Virus record (IMG/VR): IMGVR_UViG_3300037755_000305
Coordinates: 120,112-184,111 of that record
Source: a virus
DNA: 64,000 nucleotides
Reading direction: 5' to 3' (one strand)
The notes under the pieces are model-generated. The model ran no database searches. It had not been told where the DNA came from and saw only the letters and a list, made by a program, of their open reading frames with translations. Shown piece by piece: positions 49,370 through 58,288 of this stretch; position 1 is the stretch's first letter, and every line of letters begins with the position of its first letter. A program made the translations under genes and the position numbers.

Positions 49370-49816
49370 CTAGGTTAGAACACACACTACAAAGTTCAGG
49401 CGAATGTCCTTCTCGATCTCCAACAACACCGGAACCACATCCTCTTCCCAATCTAGTCCTCCGAGACCACAGCCGATTCTGGGAATGTAAACTTTGTCCA
49501 AATCTCGATTTAGGGCTTCGTAAGCTGCCGCAGCAAGAGACATTTTGACAGCCTTGAGAGAAGCGTAACACTGTCCGTCTCGACCGTAATCAGATTGAGT
49601 GAAACAATTGGCTACCACCAGTCCGTCCTCGACCTCTACAAACTGAGTATCTCCCAGCCGCATTGATCCTTCTCTGTGGTACATGGCCTTTACTGTGGGC
49701 CATTTCATGTAAATGGCACGGGCCACTCCACTCCCCATCGCGTTTTTGGTGTTAACACCATGAGCGATGAGGGCGGGGGATTGTACTGTCGTGATGTCTT
49801 TCTCAAGATAAAACAT
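49370..49816 (-). CDS. Macrodomain (ADP-ribose processing) protein
   Basis: IAHGVN...MGSGVA...ANCFTQ...IPRIGCGLGGLDW. Confidence 0.9.
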   Translation of the reverse strand: MFYLEKDITTVQSPALIAHGVNTKNAMGSGVARAIYMKWPTVKAMYHREGSMRLGDTQFVEVEDGLVVANCFTQSDYGRDGQCYASLKAVKMSLAAAAYEALNRDLDKVYIPRIGCGLGGLDWEEDVVPVLLEIEKDIRLNFVVCVLT

Positions 49817-49904
49817 TAGAACCTGAGATATTCTCCGCCATCTTCTTCTTCGTCCCAACCCGGAGCGAGTCTGTGTCGCTCTTCGGGCAATTCGTCGTCC
49901 TCGT

Positions 49905-50627
49905 CTAAAGAGAGAGCTTCGGCTTGATCGTTTCCGTCCGCTTGTTCAAGCGGAGCTTCTTTATCTCCTTCTTCGAAAGGGCCTTCTTCTCGATGGGGTA
50001 GTAGTACGTGTACTTCTGGGTATGCCAGTACCCGCTCCAGCCCTGCCAGCGCCTTTCCTTCTCTTCCGACCCGATCTCCACTCGGAACCACGCCCCATTC
50101 AGCTTGTGGTACTCCACAGTGTCCGACTCGCGGTAGTAGTGATAGACTTTCTTCTTCGGCTTGTAGCTCTCGCCTTCGCTCTTGCACAGTATACCTGCCT
50201 CGTTTACATACACGCATCGTCCGTAACAAGAGCCCGGAGAAAACCAGTCCTCGGCACGAAAAGAGGTTTCCCCACTGTGGGGAATACCGCCAACCATCTG
50301 CTTAACGTGATCCTTGATGTGCGCAGCCTGAAGAGAGTTTCCCTTCAAAACTTTGCAGATATCTGACCAAACATCGTTCCAGGGCTCGCCCACCTTAGAG
50401 AAAAGGTACCCTTCCAAAGGTCCGAGCAAATCCGAGAACCTTTTCTCATAACCGTTTACAACGTGCTTCTTCCTCATGGACTCGAACTTCGGGCGCAAGT
50501 CCACGTCCACACCCTTGAAAACTCTCTTCTCTCGGGGCTTGGATGCCCTTTCGTAGGTCTTCCGAGGGCCACCCTTACCACCGGAACGGGGGCGCTCGAT
50601 CACGACCTTGTTCATGTCGTCTCTCAT
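49905..50627 (-). CDS. Hypothetical basic protein
   Basis: AGGAG RBS; long ORF. Confidence 0.65.
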   Translation of the reverse strand: MRDDMNKVVIERPRSGGKGGPRKTYERASKPREKRVFKGVDVDLRPKFESMRKKHVVNGYEKRFSDLLGPLEGYLFSKVGEPWNDVWSDICKVLKGNSLQAAHIKDHVKQMVGGIPHSGETSFRAEDWFSPGSCYGRCVYVNEAGILCKSEGESYKPKKKVYHYYRESDTVEYHKLNGAWFRVEIGSEEKERRWQGWSGYWHTQKYTYYYPIEKKALSKKEIKKLRLNKRTETIKPKLSL

Positions 50628-50737
50628 GACAATTCTCCTGTTTGGTGCGTTAGGCACCTAAATAGTGAACCGCATGATGCTCTCCTTCAATGTTCATTAT
50701 GTCATTCCCTCTGCGTCGTTCTTGGATGCTGTCACCC

Positions 50738-50764
50738 TCTTCGGTCGTTCTAGCGAAAACTTTA
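50738..50764 (-). promoter_or_regulatory. sigma28-type promoter
   Basis: TAAA-N15-ACCGAAGA. Confidence 0.6.
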
Positions 50765-50771
50765 GCAAAAG

Positions 50772-50849
50772 TGGAGCTTACGGAGGGATTCGAACCCACA
50801 GCCTGCTCATTACGAAAGAGCCGCTCTATCCAGTTGGAGCTACGTAAGC
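50772..50849 (-). tRNA. tRNA-Thr(CGT)
   Basis: Cloverleaf, CCA. Confidence 0.88.
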
Positions 50850-51073
50850 AAATTATCTCTCGCAGTATTTTTCACCAGCCCTGCGAGTCCGGCCGCGACG
50901 CCTTTGGGTTCTTTCAGCTAGAACGCCTTCGGCCGCTGAATATGACGCAGTGGACATTCTAGATTGCCCTAAACCATTACCGGAGTCGAACCGGAATTCC
51001 CGGGAACGTACCATACTGGACCTGCGTACTACTTGTAATTCTTACCATAGGAGCCCGCGCCAACGCTGGAATG

Positions 51074-51446
51074 TCAGCTTTGCTCTGCCGCCTCTTCGGC
51101 GCGGACCTGGGCTCGAAGCGCTTCCACTTCCACTTCCAGCTTCGCCAGCCGATAGGCTGCGCTTTGTAAGTTTGTGCCTTCCAAATACACCTTGGTGGTT
51201 TCGGGGAACTTGGGAATAGTCGTGAGAGATTTACAGAACCACAAACAACCTGGTGACTTCGGGAAACTTGGGAATAGTCGTGAGAGCTTCGCAGTCTCTC
51301 AGGCTCACCCAGGTAGCCTTGGGGAAATTGGGAACAGTCGTGAGAGATTCGCAGCCTCCCAGATCCACCATGGTAGCCTGTTTTGCGGCTTCCAATTGTT
51401 CTTTAGAAAGTTCAGTGACGTTAGGGTCGTGCAGTTCGAAAAACAT
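51074..51446 (-). pseudogene. Leucine-rich-repeat protein with frameshift near 51240
   Basis: 20-aa repeats (LxxCxxLTTxPxFP; about 60-bp tandem units) continue in another frame after the TAA at 51231. Confidence 0.7.
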
Positions 51447-51472
51447 TTTAATACTACCTACTTGTGGTTTAG

Positions 51473-51748
51473 TTAGCCTTCATCCGACGTATCCGACGAG
51501 ATGCATGTGTTTCTTCGCTGTTGCCAACACGCTTTAACCCTGTCGTCGCAAGAATCACGCTGTTGAGACAATTGCTCGTTACAATCGCTTCTTTGGTCAC
51601 TCACCTGTTCAAAGCACTGTTGAACTACTCCGTCGCAAGCATTTATCGCCCCGGAAGTTTCCGCCTTGTGGGTCATGAAGGACCCGCCACTGGCTGCCAT
51701 GAGAGCCGTTGCAATAATCGTGCCCATAGTCTTGGCGTCAATCTCCAT
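51473..51748 (-). CDS. Membrane-anchored Cys-rich coiled-coil protein
   Basis: N-terminal hydrophobic segment; C-x(6-10) repeats. Confidence 0.55.
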   Translation of the reverse strand: MEIDAKTMGTIIATALMAASGGSFMTHKAETSGAINACDGVVQQCFEQVSDQRSDCNEQLSQQRDSCDDRVKACWQQRRNTCISSDTSDEG

Positions 51749-51767
51749 TTCTTTCTCCCGAACTATG

Positions 51768-51842
51768 TGGAGCTGCCGGTGGGGATCGAACCCACGATCT
51801 CCGCCTTACCGGGGCGGTGCTTTACCACTAAGCCACGACAGC
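51768..51842 (-). tRNA. tRNA-Thr(GGT)
   Basis: Cloverleaf; atypical C33. Confidence 0.88.
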
Positions 51843-51857
51843 CATAACAGGGCAAAT

Positions 51858-52199
51858 TTACTGTCCCTGACACAAATTTTTGAAATTCTCTAAATCGGTA
51901 GCAGAGGATTCAATCCACCGCCCAGATTCAATAACTTCTCCAGAAGAATCTCTTATTACGCACCGAGCCATAATTGTAGAACCAGGAATCACTAAAAGTT
52001 TTGTACAAAAATCTCCGTGTCCTGGATAAAAACTATGTTCTTCTCCGTCTAAACTGGTCCATAAATACTCTATTTCAGAACATTTTTCATCAACGGTTAA
52101 AGGTTGATAAACATTAAAAGGATACTCTGGGACAGGTTCTACTCCTGTCCCAGAGCAGCCTATAATTGTTACAAAAACAGATAGTAGTAGATTACGCAT
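51858..52199 (-). CDS. Putative lipoprotein
   Basis: Signal peptide with IIG-C. Confidence 0.6.
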   Translation of the reverse strand: MRNLLLSVFVTIIGCSGTGVEPVPEYPFNVYQPLTVDEKCSEIEYLWTSLDGEEHSFYPGHGDFCTKLLVIPGSTIMARCVIRDSSGEVIESGRWIESSATDLENFKNLCQGQ

Positions 52200-52209
52200 C
52201 TATTACTGA

Positions 52210-52623
52210 TTACGGCTTTAGAAGAATGGGTTGACCCGGAGCCATGTCAGATGGGAAAATAATCTGAACATTGCTAGTTTCGGAAACCAATCCATCCAAT
52301 GTACACGAAGCAGCACCATTACCAACACCATCTCGTGGAACGTTGTAAGAATGGAAGGTGCCTGGGGCTCCTGTTAACTCTTCACGTCCAATTTCTTCTC
52401 CGTCACTGTTTGTGAATACTACAGAACAGGATAGAATCTTTACGTCTGGAATAGCCACACCGTTACTGTCAGATACCGGAAAACAGATTGCACCAGAACC
52501 TTCTGAAAGATCAAGAAGCTGTTGTGGGGTAACCCCATCACATTCCGTATCCAAAGCGCTAGCCGATGCAGCTAGTAAACAAATAAAAAGAGAGAAAAGA
52601 CCAATCTGACCAAGCTTATTCAT
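52210..52623 (-). CDS. Secreted beta-rich protein
   Basis: Signal peptide; AGGAG RBS. Confidence 0.6.
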   Translation of the reverse strand: MNKLGQIGLFSLFICLLAASASALDTECDGVTPQQLLDLSEGSGAICFPVSDSNGVAIPDVKILSCSVVFTNSDGEEIGREELTGAPGTFHSYNVPRDGVGNGAASCTLDGLVSETSNVQIIFPSDMAPGQPILLKP

Positions 52624-52653
52624 TCTGTACTCCTGTATTCCTGTTGTTGAATT

Positions 52654-52728
52654 TGGAGCGGAAGAAGGGGTTCGAACCCTCGGCCTCAACGTTGGCAACG
52701 TCGCGCTCTACCACTGAGCTACATCCGC
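52654..52728 (-). tRNA. tRNA-Gly(GCC)
   Basis: Cloverleaf, U73, CCA. Confidence 0.93.
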
Positions 52729-52819
52729 AAATCTTAAGGAAGTCCGCAAGATTGATAAGCTGTTTTCCACTTACCCCGACACTTGCGGACCATCAAGCTG
52801 CGCATCGAAACCGCCTGCT

Positions 52820-53107
52820 CTATCCTTCGTATGTTCTTTCCCAATCCTTTTTGGAGATCCCGTTAGGGTGCTCTCCTGTCTCTTTTATCGCCTCCCTGAT
52901 GGCGTATTCGTTGCAGGCTTCCAGCATCTCTGCTGTAGGTTGAACACTGTTCTTTTCCAGACAGTCCATGAATTCGGCTGCTGATTCTCCAGCCAGCTTC
53001 AAGCTGCCGTCTTCCTGAACCCATTCGTGCGGGACTGCTGTTCCCACTCCCATAAGAACTTTCTTCCACCACGGGGCTGAAAGAATTTCGGCTGCTCTAG
53101 AAGACAT
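52820..53107 (-). CDS. Hypothetical protein
   Basis: GGAGG RBS. Confidence 0.55.
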   Translation of the reverse strand: MSSRAAEILSAPWWKKVLMGVGTAVPHEWVQEDGSLKLAGESAAEFMDCLEKNSVQPTAEMLEACNEYAIREAIKETGEHPNGISKKDWERTYEG

Positions 53108-53125
53108 GTTGACCTCCGGCATATG

Positions 53126-53201
53126 TGGTACGGGTGGAGGGATTCGAACCCCCGGCCACCTCCGTGTAAAGGAGGCACTCTAGCCACTGAGTTACACCCG
53201 T
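53126..53201 (-). tRNA. tRNA-Val(TAC)
   Basis: Cloverleaf, CCA. Confidence 0.93.
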
Positions 53202-53207
53202 ATAATT

Positions 53208-53537
53208 CTACTTTAGTGCGCCTGGGACCGTCCATACGTCTGCGGGTGGATGCCCTTCAGGATATAGCCGAACCTTCACAATGTTCTCGTCTCCGCTCAA
53301 AATTTCGGCTCGCATATCACCCTTCATTGGGGCGCACCCCTTTTCAGTCGTGTAGAAGTATAGGATAAACTCATCCTGCTCCACAAGGGCTCGCACGAAA
53401 TTGATGAAAGTCTTTGGGCCACCTTCAGCTAGGCATGCAGGCCAACCCCTTTTTGTCGTCTTTGCTTCTCCTGCGCTGGCAACTCCTGCCAGTACCAACA
53501 CCATGATCGCGATTGCGATCGTAACCAGATTCTTCAT
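53208..53537 (-). CDS. Secreted hypothetical protein
   Basis: Signal peptide; GGGGAG RBS. Confidence 0.6.
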   Translation of the reverse strand: MKNLVTIAIAIMVLVLAGVASAGEAKTTKRGWPACLAEGGPKTFINFVRALVEQDEFILYFYTTEKGCAPMKGDMRAEILSGDENIVKVRLYPEGHPPADVWTVPGALK

Positions 53538-53573
53538 TGTGATCTCCCCGAGGGGAGGATTTGTTGTTCTCCC

Positions 53574-53981
53574 CTAAGAAGAGATAATGTAGCTTGCCGC
53601 TTTAAGCAGATTCTCCTCACTGTCCTTGAACGCACCCTGACCTGTATTGCAGTTTGTACACAAAAGACCTCGAATCTTTTTTTTTCGTTGTGTGGCAATG
53701 GTCTACAAAAGGCGTTCCTTCGAACTCCCGTTCACATATTTTACACTTGTTTCTTGGCACTCTCGTAGTTCATCAAACTGTTCGAGGGTCATACCGTATT
53801 TGAACTGCAAGCTGTGTTTTCTGTTTTTCTGTCCATTGGTTGTTTTGTGTGCCTTTCTTTTGTCATTGTAGCAAGTCTTTGAACAGTATTTAGCTCCTCC
53901 GGCTCTAACCTTTATAGACAAAGCCATAAAGCTTTCTGTACACCACCCGCATGCTACCTTTTCTCGTTTTCCTCTTGTCAT
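53574..53981 (-). pseudogene. Endonuclease VII-like homing endonuclease with two frameshifts
   Basis: KYGMTLEQF, CKIC...VDHCH and IRGLLCTNCN...GAFKDS fall in shifted frames; one shift lies in a 9-A run. Confidence 0.8.
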
Positions 53982-53985
53982 AAAA

Positions 53986-54063
53986 TGGTAGTCCTGGCGG
54001 GATTTGAACCCGCGACCTCCCGCTTATAAGACGGATGCTCTAACCAGACTGAGCTACAGGACC
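53986..54063 (-). tRNA. tRNA-Ile(TAT)
   Basis: TCCGT-CT-TAT-AA-GCGGG; A73; CCA. Confidence 0.9.
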
Positions 54064-54111
54064 AAAAAAATTTGATCCCGATATGAGATAGTCCATCACT
54101 TCGTCTCCAAA

Positions 54112-54186
54112 TGGTACTCCCGAACGGTTTCGATCCGTCTTCTCCAGCTTGAAAGGCTGGGGTCCTAGCCATTAGACGACGGGAGC
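54112..54186 (-). tRNA. tRNA-Glu(TTC)
   Basis: Cloverleaf, CCA. Confidence 0.9.
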
Positions 54187-54377
54187 ATATCCTTTACGCG
54201 GCTTTCCGCCGCTTTCAAAATGTCTTCTTTTTCTCTATCGGTCAACTTGTACCAATTCTTTAGCTCTTCTTTCTCCAAAAGGCAACCTGTGCAGTGGGTC
54301 ATGTTTTCATCCCACCCACACTCTCTGGCACAGGGTCTAAGAATTTCTTTCTTTGTCTCGTTCGTGCAATTCATCAA
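54165..54377 (-). CDS. DUF1289-like Cys protein
   Basis: RPCAREC...CTGC...ELKNWYKLTDREK. Confidence 0.7.
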   Translation of the reverse strand: MMNCTNETKKEILRPCARECGWDENMTHCTGCLLEKEELKNWYKLTDREKEDILKAAESRVKDMLPSSNG

Positions 54378-54889
54378 GCTTCGCCGCTATGATTTCGCCC
54401 AGGATCTTCGCACCTCGCTCGATCCCCTCTATCGTCGCTGCCGCTGTCTTGTCGCTCAGCTTCTCCAGTGCTTTCTCTATTGCATCCGTTCCAAACATTG
54501 GCGCTCCTAGAAGGATTCGAACCTTCGACCTGCTCTTTAGGAAAAAGCTGCTCTGTCCCCTGAGCTACAGGAGCGTAAATTTTGTGCCACTCTTGTTCTG
54601 CCTCCGGACTGGATTTCGGTTCTTCTTCGTTTTTGCGTCCTGATCCGCCGCAAGTTCCACAACGATCATCTTCTTCAATGAAATCTTTGTGTCCAGACCC
54701 CTCGCAATAGTTACAGTCTTCCTCTTCGTCCACCAGGGGACCAAGTCCACCGCCCATTATACAGTCGTATTTTTCATTTTCAGAAATCAGCCTATCTACC
54801 AGATCATCTACTTCGTTTTCTTCCCAATCCGACCCGTCTTCTTTCTCGAAGAGTAGAGTAGCTTTAATGTACCGGCCGTATATGCTCAT
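54374..54889 (-). CDS. Hypothetical protein with DnaJ-type CxxCxGxG repeats
   Basis: CNYCEGSG and CGTCGGSG; the 3' part of the ORF runs through tRNA-Arg(CCT). Confidence 0.5.
   Translation of the reverse strand: MSIYGRYIKATLLFEKEDGSDWEENEVDDLVDRLISENEKYDCIMGGGLGPLVDEEEDCNYCEGSGHKDFIEEDDRCGTCGGSGRKNEEEPKSSPEAEQEWHKIYAPVAQGTEQLFPKEQVEGSNPSRSANVWNGCNRESTGEAERQDSGSDDRGDRARCEDPGRNHSGEA
54499..54574 (-). tRNA. tRNA-Arg(CCT)
   Basis: Cloverleaf, CCA. Confidence 0.9.
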
Positions 54890-54898
54890 CTCGGTCTG

Positions 54899-55246
54899 CT
54901 AGAAGCCGGTCTTTTCGAAATTAGACATTTTCTTCGCCTTCGCCTTCTGGTCCTTGATAGCTGCACGGCGGTTGTTCATCGAGTCGAACTGTTGCTTTGG
55001 TGTCGTCTGGCGCGGAACCCTATCGAGGGACCTCAGGTAGTCGATAATCGAGACTTCCGCCAGATCCCGATCTGCCATAAGCTCCCCAATCTTCTCCGCA
55101 ACCGCTACTAGTATCTGATCCTTTTCATCTGTCGAAAACAAGCTTGCAAATTCTGCGAAGAATTGGATCGTAAGTAGGGGTCCTTCGTCTCCATCGTCAA
55201 TTCTCAGATCTCCGTTGATCTGCCTTACTGCGTGAATGTCTACCAT
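54899..55246 (-). CDS. Hypothetical protein
   Basis: GGAG RBS; C-terminal RRAAIKDQKAK. Confidence 0.55.
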   Translation of the reverse strand: MVDIHAVRQINGDLRIDDGDEGPLLTIQFFAEFASLFSTDEKDQILVAVAEKIGELMADRDLAEVSIIDYLRSLDRVPRQTTPKQQFDSMNNRRAAIKDQKAKAKKMSNFEKTGF

Positions 55247-55262
55247 CCAAATCTCCAAATGG

Positions 55263-55342
55263 TGGCACCCCCAGCAGGGATCGAACCTGCATGCGTCCAA
55301 TTACCCTTTCTACTGTTTAGAAGACAGAGGGGATATGGGGGC
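55263..55342 (-). tRNA. Non-canonical tRNA-Arg(TCT) lacking a D-arm
   Basis: Acceptor GCCCCCA/TGGGGGT; TATCCCCT linker; CTGT-CT-TCT-AA-ACAG; long 3' linker; normal T-arm; CCA. Confidence 0.7.
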
Positions 55343-55401
55343 AAACTGAATCTACATATGTATTATATAGTAAATATGTAGATTCGAAAGAGGTAAAATA
55401 C

Positions 55402-55878
55402 ATGAATTCCTGTAAAAATTGTGACAACCCAACCAAAAACGCCAAATTTTGCAGCATATCTTGTGCAAATAGCAAAAAACCTAAAAGGAAAAGAACCACA
55501 TCATTCTACAAATGTTCCAATGTAGGTTGTACCAACAAACCTTTGTTACGAAGAAAATATTGCTCTTCCCCGGAATGCCAACCAAATTATGTCGATTGGT
55601 CAAAAGAAACTTTAGCTTCAGTCAAAGAAAAAAGAAAATATCAAATTTACTCTCGCATACGAACTCTATCTAGAAAAATTTATCTTCGTTCGGATAAGCC
55701 TAAAAAGTGCATAATTTGTGCCTACGCTATACATTTCGATGTATGTCATATCAGAGGAATATCTACTTTTCCAGATACCGCCACAGTAAAAGAGATCAAT
55801 AGTCCAGACAATCTTATTGCTTTATGTAAAAATCATCACTGGGAATTTGATAACGGATTTCTGTCACTAGAGCCATAA
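55402..55878 (+). mobile_element. HNH homing endonuclease, antisense to the tRNA array
   Basis: GAGG RBS; CKNC, FCSISC; CIIC...DVCHI...NLIALCKNHHWEFD; AT-rich. Confidence 0.9.
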
Positions 55879-55911
55879 ACCGCGTGCTCTGTCCAGTTGA
55901 GCTAAGGGGCC
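55878..55911 (-). pseudogene. Orphan 5' half of an Arg-type tRNA
   Basis: GGCCCCT-TA-GCTC-AACTGGACA-GAGC-A-CGCGG-TT, broken at the anticodon by the HNH stop region. Confidence 0.7.
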
Positions 55912-56208
55912 TCAAACCTGATAGTAGATAAGATATCCTTCTGCTTCTTTATCATACTCGTATGTCTTCTTCTCCTTATCTCCGCTGACCTTGTACAGGG
56001 TGATGCTAACCTCATGGTTCGGCACCCCGTTATGCACGTCCAGGTCATGATAGTGCTTTTTTCCGTCCAAGTCAATGAACCAAGCTTTCTTTTGCGGTGG
56101 AAGACCAGCCAACAAGCGTTCGTGGTTTGTGATGGACTCGTTCACACGATCACCACTTGCTTCTCCTACCTTACTGTTTCGGCCCAATACCCAGTTCAAC
56201 AGATTCAC
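55912..56208 (-). CDS. Hypothetical protein
   Basis: GGAG RBS, GTG start. Confidence 0.5.
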   Translation of the reverse strand: MNLLNWVLGRNSKVGEASGDRVNESITNHERLLAGLPPQKKAWFIDLDGKKHYHDLDVHNGVPNHEVSITLYKVSGDKEKKTYEYDKEAEGYLIYYQV

Positions 56209-56223
56209 AGATATCTCCAAAAT

Positions 56224-56301
56224 TGGTGGACAATACAGGACTCGAACCTGTGACCTCCGCCATGTCAAGGCGGCGCTCTGTCCTGACTGAGCTAATTGTC
56301 C
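56224..56301 (-). tRNA. tRNA-Val(GAC)
   Basis: Cloverleaf, CCA. Confidence 0.92.
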
Positions 56302-56472
56302 AAATGTTACATTCTCTCCTAGCTAGCGGGTGGTTCTACCATGTCCATCACCGCCTGAATTCGTCTTTGCTGCACTCCCATTTCCACTAGCTGTTCTATC
56401 ATTTCTGGCTCAAGTGTAAGGTCCATATACTCAAGCCACCACCACAGTTTGGTTCGTTCTTCTTGCTCCGCG

Positions 56473-56916
56473 TTAGGCATTGCGATACAGGTCCTCAAAA
56501 TCCGATCTTGCCATTCCTCTGAGTTCTCTAAGTTCTCTAAGGGAGAACCATTCGCTGTCCTCTTTCTTAGGACATGTTCGAGGCGTGTGCTGTTTATCTT
56601 CTTCCTCATCGTAGCAGCGAAGAGTATAGTTCACTTCTTCTCGATATTTCTCCAGTGTGAAATCTTCTTCGAATTCTAGCTGCCCTTGTGCCGGGAACTC
56701 TTCATCCCACAGTAGCTTGGACTCTTCCATGGTAGAAAACAAACTGTCTGAGGCTTCTTCAAATGTCTCAAATAGATCAGTGTACTCCAAATCGAACCCT
56801 ACTGGCTCGTCAATCTCGACATATGAATTATGGACGTTCATGACGGTTACCCGAATGACAATTGGGTAACCATCATGAACGAACCAAGCCTTGTCTCCTA
56901 TCTCAGGATATTTCAT
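56473..56916 (-). CDS. Hypothetical protein
   Basis: MKYPEIGDKAWF...; SH3-like start. Confidence 0.5.
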   Translation of the reverse strand: MKYPEIGDKAWFVHDGYPIVIRVTVMNVHNSYVEIDEPVGFDLEYTDLFETFEEASDSLFSTMEESKLLWDEEFPAQGQLEFEEDFTLEKYREEVNYTLRCYDEEEDKQHTPRTCPKKEDSEWFSLRELRELRGMARSDFEDLYRNA

Positions 56917-56993
56917 GGCACCGCCGAAGGGACTCGAACCCCCAAACCTTTGCGTTCGAAGCGCACTGCTCTATCCAATTGAGCTACGGCGGC
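56916..56993 (-). tRNA. tRNA-Arg(TCG)
   Basis: Cloverleaf, A20, CCA. Confidence 0.92.
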
Positions 56994-56998
56994 ACATA

Positions 56999-57544
56999 TT
57001 ACCTCTTTGACCGTTTCCCTGCCTTCTTGTTTGCCTTTCTTTTGCTGCGGCGAACTGAAGAAGAATCGTTTTTCCCGTTTACAGCATGGTCTGCAACGTG
57101 AGAAGCTGCCCAAGCATCCGGCTTCAAAACAGCCTTGAATCCGCTACCAACAACCATACCAGCTAGCTGCTGGTGATACTTGCCTGAATTCCACTGGATG
57201 TTTGTGTTGGCATCGACGTGAACCTGAATCTGTTCTGCCTCGATGTGCTCACAAAGAGCCTGTGCAATCTCCAAACTCAACCCTACCTCGGTGAAAAGCT
57301 TATGCTGCAAGCTGTTGATGTTGGACTCGCGAGTCTTGGTGTAGAAAACACGTCCGCCCTTTCCAGGGTTGAGCACGACCACAGCCGTGACAAAATCCAA
57401 GAACTTGCCGTGCTTTTGCGCATCGGTTCCGATGTGGACCGGGCGAGATTCCCCGGCATTTAGCTCTGCAATTGAGGCGCAAATATCCTCTACCGGAGAC
57501 TTGTGCAAGGTAAGCCACTGCTTGTCTAGGATGCTGCCACTCAT
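56999..57544 (-). CDS. RNase H-like nuclease, YkuK/DUF458 family
   Basis: HIGTDAQ...FVTAVVV...GKGG..FY...EVGLSLEIA...HVDAN...KPDAWAASHVAD. Confidence 0.85.
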   Translation of the reverse strand: MSGSILDKQWLTLHKSPVEDICASIAELNAGESRPVHIGTDAQKHGKFLDFVTAVVVLNPGKGGRVFYTKTRESNINSLQHKLFTEVGLSLEIAQALCEHIEAEQIQVHVDANTNIQWNSGKYHQQLAGMVVGSGFKAVLKPDAWAASHVADHAVNGKNDSSSVRRSKRKANKKAGKRSKR

Positions 57545-57561
57545 GGTACATCTCCTTTAGG

Positions 57562-58158
57562 TTAACTGGCAGGTCGCCGAAGAATCGAACTCCGCTGCTG
57601 GGTTTTGGAGACCCTGCTGATCCCAGATCGCGACCTATAATACTCCAGCAAATGTGTGCCCACAATAGCGGCATCTGCTTTTTCGTGAATGTCTCTAAAA
57701 GACTTTATAAAACTAGCTTGACACAGCCACCCAGGAAACACATTTCTAGCTTCTTCAAAAGTTGCCGACTTTGTGCCTCCGTTTTTCAGGTCTCTTGCAT
57801 TCCACACTACTTTTAATGATTTGTCCAGATCATTTATCTCATCCAAAGAATTTGGTTCTATCATGACTTTATGTAGAAACCTATTTGCCGGTAATCTACC
57901 TACTACCAATACAGACGTTGCTCCGCAATTCAAAGCCTGTTGTACTTCTTCGTCTGTGGCATGAATACCTTTAGCTAAAACAGGTTTCGTGGATATATCA
58001 CAAGCTTTTTTCAACAACTCAAAAGATCCGCCCCACCTTTCATCTGTATGAATTGAAACCATGTCTCCTATTTTTTGGGCTATCTTGAAAAGATGTTCCC
58101 ATGAATGCGTAGAAGTGTATCCAAAGGGAGAGCAGGTTTTCACTTCAGTTATCAACAT
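57562..58158 (-). CDS. Indole-3-glycerol phosphate synthase (TrpC)-like TIM barrel
   Basis: ITEVKTCSP, VSIHTDERWGGS, PVLAKG, GATSVLVV; shorter than canonical IGPS. Confidence 0.65.
   Translation of the reverse strand: MLITEVKTCSPFGYTSTHSWEHLFKIAQKIGDMVSIHTDERWGGSFELLKKACDISTKPVLAKGIHATDEEVQQALNCGATSVLVVGRLPANRFLHKVMIEPNSLDEINDLDKSLKVVWNARDLKNGGTKSATFEEARNVFPGWLCQASFIKSFRDIHEKADAAIVGTHLLEYYRSRSGISRVSKTQQRSSILRRPAS
57567..57636 (-). tRNA. tRNA-Trp(CCA), short D-arm
   Basis: GGGT-CT-CCA-AA-ACCC; G73; CCA; 70 nt. Confidence 0.85.
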
Positions 58159-58189
58159 GATATCGCCCTATTTTTATCACTGGTCTAAA

Positions 58190-58286
58190 ATCACCGGCGT
58201 ACTCAGCGACCGCCTGTCGCGGTCTATGTCATTATACGACAGGGCCCGTAGGGTCCCGACGGGAATCCAACCCGCGTCTCCGGATC
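58190..58286 (-). ncRNA. Permuted/degenerate Asp/Glu-type tRNA-like element with hairpin insertion
   Basis: The 3' half (TCCGG, GCGGG-TTGGATT-CCCGT, CGGGACC) precedes the 5' half (GGCCCTG-TC-GTA...TAC-G-CCGG). Confidence 0.45.
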
Positions 58287-58288
58287 GC

